Below, piece by piece: positions 1 through 5,130 of a DNA stretch of 5,130 bases. The notes under the pieces were generated by a model. It had not been told where the DNA came from, ran no database searches, and saw only the letters and a list, made by a program, of their open reading frames with translations. Origin of the DNA: Rotaria sp. (lineage: Eukaryota). Position numbers and translations under genes: made by a program. The stretch spans positions 128,629 to 133,758 of the forward strand of contig CAJNZF010000155.1 in assembly GCA_905331525.1 (NCBI GenBank), in the 5' to 3' direction. Within the stretch, counting starts at the first letter, position 1; the number at the start of each line of letters is the position of its first letter.

Positions 1-1626
1 TTTCATTAAATCCCCTAATAGCCACAAGCGGCCTATATTAACGAGAAAAAAGTCACTAACTTCATCACTATTTTCATAAAATTCGCAAAATTTGCCAATA
101 TTCACTTTCATTTTCTTCTTTCCATAAATTTAGACACAATATAAAGCTCATACAAACTATACTTAATTACTGTTATCATTTAAAAATAAAAAAATCTTTT
201 GAATACTGATAGAGTAAAAAGACTTGCGAGGAATACTGCAATATCTAAAGACTTACGTCTGCTTCTTGTATTCACGCGATGTATATTATAATAACGGATG
301 CAACACGTGGGTAATGTATCGATGTTTTTATAAACAGAAAATGAAAGCATTATATTACTTCTATACATATCGAAAAAATATTTGGCTTGCGTGCAACCAA
401 CCGTAGACGCGGGATAAAGCATGATCTTATATTATTGAGACATACTGGATTTTTTCTCGCAAAAATGTTGCTATTCTTTTGCTTGTTCTTTCACTTATCG
501 ATTATACAGCTTGAATAATGAAGAGAGATAAAGTTAATCCATGGTTGAAAAAATATGCATACTATCATGGTTTTATTTTTATTTTTCTTCCTATCGTTGC
601 ACAGGATAGGTAAAATATACAGGCTTCACAAGCAATATTACACTGATTTATATCATTGATCCTGTTAAAACGGAGATCAACGGTCCCTTCTGCCTATAAC
701 AGAAGATATTGGTTTCTACTGCCATTTTTGGAAGCATTTCTTGTCCATACACATATTCCTCCTCAAAAATCGACATTTGGATGAAGTCTCATCATTGGGA
801 TCGTTTATGATTCTCACAGTAACTGGGAAGTCACTTTTGATAGTTGCCTTGAATACCATCGTCGTGTGTATTCTTACTTTGATTCAGATTTCTTTTCTGA
901 TCGTTATTTTCCTTTAAGTTGCAGTTCAAATCATCATTCTGTTATTTGTCTTGGTGGGAAGTCAGCTTTCGACGCAACTTACATTCTCAAACGACAGAAT
1001 AAGTTACATTATCTATTTCGGGCTTAATATCAAGATCTGTCAGATCGGTTCTATTTAATAATGGCTCTGTCAAGCCAAAATTGTCGTTCAATTATTACTC
1101 ATTGTTCTGTACCATCCCAAAGCTTTTCATGTAGCAGTACTCATCTTTATAACACTTGCGTTCGATATTTGTCCTCAGTTGGCATCTTAGCTTTAGAGTG
1201 TATTGCCAGTTCGATCATATTCTTAATTGAGGTGGCAACTTCGAACTAAACTACAATGTTCATTGCAGACGTACTTTGAGACCATTGCTTTCGGTAGGCT
1301 TTGGTAATTGCATCCGATGGTTCATTGAATTTCTGTAAAAATCGTTTGAGACGATTACGATTCTTTTTTTGGCACGAATTCTATCTTACAAGTGAACATT
1401 CATAACTGATAAACACCACTCAAGACCGTGCTTCTCTGGCGGCTGAAGATCATCATGTACGCAAATTATCAAAAAGGATCCGTGCCATTACTATTAGTTT
1501 CAGAGCGAAGAAAAGGAAAAGGTATCATGATAAACAGTGCCACTTTCCTGTTTCATTTATATTTTTTGTCATAAGTTAAATAAGACATGCATGTTTATAC
1601 CGAAAATTTGACAAGGGGTGAATAGC

Positions 1627-1690
1627 GGAATCCTGGAATTCGATGGAATTCAGGGGAATTTTAGGGAATCGGAGGGAATCAGTGGGAATC
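1627..1690. repeat. Phased short array: 7 exact GGAAT[C/T] cores at 10-bp spacing with non-conserved 4-nt spacers
   Basis: Cores start at 1627, 1635, 1645, 1655, 1665, 1675 and 1685 (GGAATC, GGAATT x3, GGAATC x3). The intervening spacers are CT, CGAT, CAGG, TTAG, GGAG, AGTG. Degenerate copies flank the array (TGAATA at 1619, ATAATC at 1695). Confidence 0.9.
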
Positions 1691-2007
1691 CTATATAATC
1701 TTGAAGTCTTGAGTCCTTAAATTTATTACTTTGCAGAATACTCTTTTATCATACGTACCGAGTTAATAGAACATATCTAATAATATTTTTCATAGATACC
1801 TCATTCAGAAACTTAGTTTTCTACCACGGGTAGGCAACTTTATCTGTTTTAGTCTTTATTTTAGGTTATGATTAGTCAATACAAAATGCAAAATAATGTA
1901 GCTCATAAGTAACAAAACAACGGAAGTCTTTAAATATAAAAGCATTTAAAAAGTTTCGATAGTAAAAGGAGGATTGACGATTAATGTCACTCCTACTTCA
2001 ATAAAAC

Positions 2008-2023
2008 TATATATATATATATA
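2008..2023. repeat. (TA)8 dinucleotide microsatellite
   Basis: An uninterrupted run of eight TA units is read directly at 2008-2023. Confidence 0.9.
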
Positions 2024-2097
2024 AACAGTAAAACAAAAGTGTTGAAGATAAATTCTGCAATAAAGAGTTCGTCACTGACAATGAACAAATCTACAGT

Positions 2098-2454
2098 ACA
2101 TTCCAAAAACGAAATTTGAAAGAAATGATGAAAACTCAGATTATTAATCGATTATATTGGTGCTATAATAATCTGATTTTAATCAGGTTTTTCAGCTTTA
2201 AAAGATGAATTTCATTCTATTTAATTTTTTATAATCTATTGTAATTTGTTAAAAAACGTTAATCGAATATAATTCATTTCTTATAATCAATTATACTTGA
2301 TTAACGTTTTTTAACAGATTACAATAGATTATAAAAAATTAAATAGAATGAAATTTATCTTTTAAAGTTGGAAAACCTGATTAAAACCAGATCATAATAG
2401 TACTATTATAATTGATTAGTAATCTGATTTTTCATCTTTTCTTACTTGGAATGT
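2098..2454. mobile_element. 357-bp near-perfect palindrome (long inverted repeat with ~6-nt centre), foldback/MITE-like non-autonomous element or hairpin-RNA locus
   Basis: The symmetry centre is at 2281/2282. Positions p and 4563-p pair without any indel from 2127 to 2436. By hand alignment the inner 94 nt of each arm (2171-2264 vs 2299-2392) have 5 mismatches, and the 2127-2170 portion has about 8 of 44. The outermost 9 nt ACATTCCAA (2098-2106) pair with TTGGAATGT (2446-2454) after an ~11-nt indel. CTACAG occurs on both flanks (2091-2096 and 2459-2464), which may be a 6-bp target-site duplication. There is no ORF inside. Confidence 0.75.
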
Positions 2455-2508
2455 TGAACTACAGAGAAGAGGTACATATACACAAATTAATAATAAACAG
2501 AAAAAATG

Positions 2509-3462
2509 TTATTTTTTATGTCTTTTCGCTGCTGATGATAATTGTTGTGAATATGTTGATGTTAAGTTTGATGAAATACGCTTAGTACCTTTTGTCATTG
2601 ACGATGATGATACGTTTGCTCGATACGATGAAGATGTTGGTAAATTTAAAAATGTTTGTGATAATGATTGTTGTGGTGTTGCTGGTAAAGAATCTGTCGT
2701 TTGATAATTGTTATTATTTTCGACGTCATAATTATTATTATCGATAATATTATGCAACATTTGATGTTGTTGACTATGATTCTTTTTTTTTCTTTTATCA
2801 TAGAACATGTTAAGGATCTTAAATGTTTGTAAAAATTGGTAATTTGAAATTTACCATCTCTTTTCCTTAATTTTATTTTAACACCACACTTACATCTTAT
2901 TGAACCTTCAAGATCATTATCATTATCAGTTATTGTTAGTGTATAATCAGCACCTGGCTTTAATTCTAAGTTATCCAAATTCACATTTTCTTTGGTATCT
3001 TCAACCCATTTCTTTATTGAAGTATGTATGAATTCAACATGATTTTCTTTTGTTAATACTGATGGTGTTGAATAAATTTTTGTTGTTGTTTGTTTTTGTC
3101 TTGGCTTTATTTTACCATTTTCTTCTAGTTTCGATAATAACAATCTTTTTAAATATTTGAAGTCATTTTTAATACCAACTTTAACACGACATGTGCCGTC
3201 TCGACAAGAAAATGAAATTTTTTGTCTTAATTCATCGTTCTTTTGAATCAATATCGAGTTCTATAACGGCACAAACATCGTTACTTAATAAAAATGATGG
3301 TACATTATTTATTGCTTGTATCTGCAAAAGATCAGCTGCTGTTTTACCTAATATTTCTTTAACAAAACCGTAAAATTTCTCATCAGTAAACGATAATACA
3401 TCCTTTGGTAATTGATTTGTATCAAAAGCGTACGTTGTTTTAACAATATCCATAATATTCAT
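2509..3462 (-). pseudogene. Paralog A of a TE-derived gene pair: shared N-terminal module + BED-like CxC..H..C finger + N/Q/S-rich tail, interrupted by two frameshifts
   Basis: Three ORF-track pieces are collinear: 3232..3462, 2646..3251 and 2509..2808. Pieces 1 and 3 share a frame (3462-2808=654, divisible by 3), and piece 2 is offset by +1. Pieces 1 and 2 align continuously to the plus-strand ORF 3817..4278. For example, LPKDVLSFTDEKFYGFVKEILGKTAADLLQIQAINNVPSFL aligns to LPDNVLTLKGDEFYKFVQSVAGEPLYDILKIQSINSTQSFL, CRVKVGIKNDFKYLKRLL to YVVKAGIKNSSTYLITLL, and IKKWVEDTKENVNLDN to LINWYEQNENMNMNN. The first frameshift is therefore inside conserved coding sequence, between the frame stops at 3232-3234 and 3261-3263. 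The second is most plausibly at the A9 run (T9 on the plus strand, 2783-2791). The lesions could be true decay or homopolymer assembly errors. Confidence 0.65.
2805..2894 (-). other. Putative zinc-chelating motif C-x-C-x20-H-x5-C (BED-like finger) within paralog A
   Basis: Translation is IRCKCGVKIKLRKRDGKFQITNFYKHLRSLTC. The Cys codons at 2892-2894, 2886-2888 and 2805-2807 were verified by hand. The segment ITNFYKHLRS resembles the TSNLxRHL segment of BED fingers (Cx2C..Hx3-5[H/C]), which are common in transposases. The CxC spacing is non-canonical. Confidence 0.4.
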
Positions 3463-3816
3463 CAGAAACTTTTATATTGAATTTAAAAAACAAATGATAT
3501 ATAACTAAATGTAAGTGAGCAAATTAATTAAATTGATTTCAAGTATCATTCAGAGAAAATCGCCCTAAGACGACACTCATCACCATTCGCTGTAAATTGA
3601 CCTACTACGCATTTTTCGTTCTTCTGCCCTACCCTCAATGCCAACAAATACATAGTTTCTTCGAATAGTAGCGATATCTAGTCAATTAATGTGGATTAGG
3701 TACTGGAATGAAGTTATGCATTCTAATGATCTTAACTTTTTCGTACTGCTCTATGCTCTAGACTTTTTTGCTAATTTTAGATTTATACATAATTTACTGT
3801 AAAATTTTTTTTTACA
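3463..3816. promoter_or_regulatory. Divergent intergenic spacer between the two head-to-head paralogs (putative bidirectional promoter / 5' ends of two TE copies)
   Basis: This 354-bp interval lies between the two divergent ATGs (3462 minus strand, 3817 plus strand). Its edges are AT-rich, with TATA-like strings on both sides: TATAAAAG read on the minus strand just upstream of the 3462 ATG, and TTTATACATA upstream of 3817. The centre at about 3560-3650 is C-richer. The call rests on position only; no transcription start can be determined from sequence. Confidence 0.3.
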
Positions 3817-4278
3817 ATGAATAACAGCAATATGTCCAATTTATCGAAGTTACCAGACAATGTTTTAACATTGAAAGGTGATGAATTTTACAAATTTGTA
3901 CAATCTGTAGCTGGGGAACCATTATATGATATTCTTAAAATTCAGTCTATCAATTCAACACAATCATTCTTGGATACGGATGATATATTTGAAATATTTA
4001 AATATGATTCACCTGATTTAATTGAAATTAAAAGAAAGTCATGTTTTAAAATAAATGGTGAATATGTGGTCAAAGCTGGTATAAAAAATAGTTCAACATA
4101 TTTAATAACATTATTAAAAACAAAACAGCAAACATTAATAAATAATAGCAATGATAGTAATAATAATCCAAGACAAATGTCTAATGAACTATTAAATAAT
4201 AACCCTTTGTTAAAATCGCTAATTAATTGGTATGAACAAAATGAAAACATGAATATGAATAACAAAAGTAATAATTAA
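3817..4278 (+). CDS. Paralog B, N-terminal ORF (153 aa): shared N-terminal module followed by an Asn-rich linker; ends at an in-frame TAA
   Basis: This is an intact ATG-to-TAA ORF in the track. Its residues ~11-100 and 128-148 align to paralog A (see the 2509..3462 feature). Homology between two diverged copies on opposite strands supports it as real coding sequence. The antisense ORF 3942..4265 is hydrophobic, low-complexity shadow. Confidence 0.7.
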   Translation: MNNSNMSNLSKLPDNVLTLKGDEFYKFVQSVAGEPLYDILKIQSINSTQSFLDTDDIFEIFKYDSPDLIEIKRKSCFKINGEYVVKAGIKNSSTYLITLLKTKQQTLINNSNDSNNNPRQMSNELLNNNPLLKSLINWYEQNENMNMNNKSNN

Positions 4279-5130
4279 CAATTATTTTTATCATCATTTA
4301 TCGATAATATAACAAATAACCTTTCAAGGTCAAAAAATAATTATCAATATAGTGATTCTGTTAAACGTTTCGCCCTATTATTATATATATTAGGTGGAAA
4401 ATTGACATATGAATTAGTACGAATAAATTTAGTTGGTGCTCTGCCACATTTATCAACATTAAATAAATTAATATCAAGTACAGGTCTTAGTATAAGAGAA
4501 TGTGAATTTCAATTTGATAATTGAAAAATATATTTAAATTCAATTGATGTACAATTTGGTTTTGTATCCGAAGATTGTACTAGTGTTATACGTAAAATAA
4601 AATATGATGTTTTCACAAATTCATTTATTGGTTTTTCGACACCGCTTGCTGATGGAATACCAATTGCTCAACATTACCAAACTGATTCATTTGAACAACT
4701 AAAGGGATTGGTTTAGCACAACTAATAAAGCACCATTAAATATCCATATGTTTCAACCATTGCCATCAATTCATACAACTTCACCAAGTCCATTTTTAAT
4801 ATCTGCATATGGTGTTGATAACACATTTACAACAAATGACATTTTACGACGATGGATATTTATTTTTGAAAAATGTATTCAAAAGCAAATCAGAATTATA
4901 GGTTTTTCTACAGGTAAAATCTTATTTCTGAGTCTTTGTAGTCTTGTTATAAATATAAATGCAAAATATATTTTCCTTTTTTTAAACAGATGCTGATAGC
5001 AAATATATGAGAGCAATGAGATTGACAAGTGGATTTTTTGCATCCTTACCAAACTTTGCATTGCATAAACATCCAAATGCATTTAAAATAAATTTAACAT
5101 CAAAATGGTCTTGGCTTTTTCTTCGCCAAG
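4279..5130 (+). pseudogene. Transposase-like continuation of paralog B (P-element/THAP9-like motifs), disrupted by an in-frame TGA and a frameshift; runs off the window
   Basis: The same frame as 3817..4278 stays open directly after the TAA, reading QLFLSSFIDNITNNLSRSKNNYQYSDSVKRFALLLYILGGKLTYELVRINLVGALPHLSTLNKLISSTGLSIRECEFQFDN. After a TGA at 4522-4524 it continues KIYLNSIDVQFGFVSEDCTSVIRKIKYDVFTNSFIGFSTPLADGIPIAQHYQTDSFEQLK. A +1 shift between 4703 and 4713 (the AAAGGG run) then leads to DWFSTTNKAPLNIHMFQPLPSIHTTSPSPFLISAYGVDNTFTTNDILRRWIFIFEKCIQKQIRIIGFST. After the intron it reads DADSKYMRAMRLTSGFFASLPNFALHKHPNAFKINLTSKWSWLFLRQ, still open at 5130. The pattern YS..VKRFAL.LY....Y.......LP..STL.K, followed by C.F.FD-like, matches my recollection of the P-element transposase N-terminal region. 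This has not been verified by any search. Confidence 0.55.
4914..4989 (+). other. Spliceosomal intron (76 nt, GT-AG, phase 1)
   Basis: The donor is ACAG|GTAAAA (GT at 4914-4915). The acceptor is TTTTCCTTTTTTTAAACAG|AT (AG at 4988-4989) with a polypyrimidine tract. Splicing joins g4913 to at4990-4991, making a GAT (Asp) codon and linking two open frames as ...IRIIGFST-D-ADSKYMRAMRL.... Unspliced read-through gives the hydrophobic junk GKILFLSLCSLVININAKYIFLFLNRC and a stop at 4994-4996. Confidence 0.6.

Noticed and set aside
1-111. Minus-strand ORF starting at the ATG at 111..109 and open to the window edge (MKVNIGKFCEFYENSDEVSDFFLVNIGRLWLLGDLMK...)
   Set aside because: Only 37 codons are visible. 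A stop-free run of that length at a window edge is not statistically remarkable across six frames, and I recognise no motif. It could be a first exon of a gene lying to the left, but that cannot be supported from this window.
180-422. Overlapping antisense ORFs from the track (180..422 minus, 80 aa; 224..406 plus, 60 aa)
   Set aside because: The two ORFs shadow each other in AT-rich sequence. Their translations are compositionally odd (runs of F/Y/C/R), and I see no recognisable motif, no paralog support and no plausible start context. They are most likely chance ORFs.
824-964. Direct 10-mer repeat TGGGAAGTCA at 824-833 and 955-964
   Set aside because: Exact 10-mer recurrences are expected by chance several times in 5 kb of biased composition, and the surrounding sequence is not similar.
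430-1600. Slightly less AT-rich tract that might be a decayed gene, including track ORF 1061..1249 plus (62 aa)
   Set aside because: I translated the minus strand by hand through 600-1400 and found stops every ~10-40 codons in the frame I followed. The plus-strand ORF is Ser/Cys-rich with no motif. A speculative two-exon model (ATG at 518, donor at 610, acceptor at 702) gives only ~58 aa with no support. No coding call is justified here.
1627-1690. Possibility that the GGAAT array is a CRISPR array or telomere-like repeat
   Set aside because: The units are 10 bp, whereas CRISPR needs repeats of about 23-50 bp with spacers of similar size. TTAGGG (1661-1666) and CCCTAA (3563-3568) occur only as isolated single hexamers, not as arrays.
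1966-2004. Perfect Shine-Dalgarno-like AAGGAGG (1966-1972) followed 11 nt later by an ATG (1984)
   Set aside because: The downstream ORF is only 6 codons (ATG TCA CTC CTA CTT CAA TAA), and the window otherwise looks eukaryotic. This appears to be coincidence.
3191-3373. Track ORF 3191..3373 plus (60 aa)
   Set aside because: It lies antisense to the homology-supported minus-strand gene and is a shadow ORF with no independent support.
3942-4265. Track ORF 3942..4265 minus (107 aa)
   Set aside because: It lies antisense to the paralog-supported ORF 3817..4278. The translation is a hydrophobic L/F/I-rich mirror of an AT-rich, Asn/Lys-rich coding strand.
2740-4311. Shared 12-mer TATCGATAATAT at 2740-2751 and 4300-4311, one in each of the two genes
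   Set aside because: Both copies are on the plus strand although the genes are on opposite strands, so the match does not reflect the paralogy. A single AT-rich 12-mer match is near chance expectation.
4230-4328. Candidate in-frame 99-nt intron (donor TG|GTATGA at 4230, acceptor TTTCAAG at 4328) that would remove the TAA stop at 4276
   Set aside because: The interval encodes WYEQNENMNMNN, which is homologous to WVEDTKENVNLDN in the minus-strand paralog, so it is coding sequence and not intron. In-frame GT..AG pairs are common by chance in AT-rich DNA. The other donor/acceptor combinations I tried (donor at 4268 with acceptors ending at 4328 or 4352) break the frame.
4879-5082. Track ORF 4879..5082 minus (67 aa), and the tail of ORF 4748..4996 beyond 4913
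   Set aside because: The minus-strand ORF is antisense to the transposase-like exons and spans the intron. The 4914-4996 part of the plus-strand ORF is intron read-through (GKILFLSLCSLVININAKYIFLFLNRC), which is replaced by the spliced continuation.

Overview
Strongly AT-rich window (judged by eye, not computed) that reads as eukaryotic rather than prokaryotic. It has a canonical 76-nt GT-AG intron with a polypyrimidine tract, Asn/Gln/Ser-rich low-complexity protein tails, and no operon-like gene packing. The right half (2509-5130) holds two diverged paralogous genes arranged head-to-head around a 354-bp spacer. Both begin with the same ~95-aa N-terminal module, which I cannot assign to a known domain. 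The minus-strand copy (2509-3462) adds a CxC...H...C BED-like finger and an N/Q/S-rich tail, and is broken by two frameshifts. The plus-strand copy (3817 to the window edge) runs into a region with P-element/THAP9-like transposase motifs, crossing an in-frame TAA, an in-frame TGA, one frameshift and one intron. The simplest reading is two decaying copies of a DNA-transposon-derived gene family, although homopolymer assembly errors could account for some of the lesions. The left half (1-2500) has no coding region I can support. It does contain a 357-bp near-perfect palindrome (foldback/MITE-like, possible CTACAG target-site duplication), a 10-bp-phased array of seven invariant GGAAT[C/T] cores with variable spacers, and a (TA)8 microsatellite. 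I see no evidence of a multi-gene system such as a defence or biosynthetic cluster. The items most worth following up are the shared N-terminal module, the palindrome and the phased array. All family assignments come from motif recognition by eye and need HMM or BLAST confirmation.
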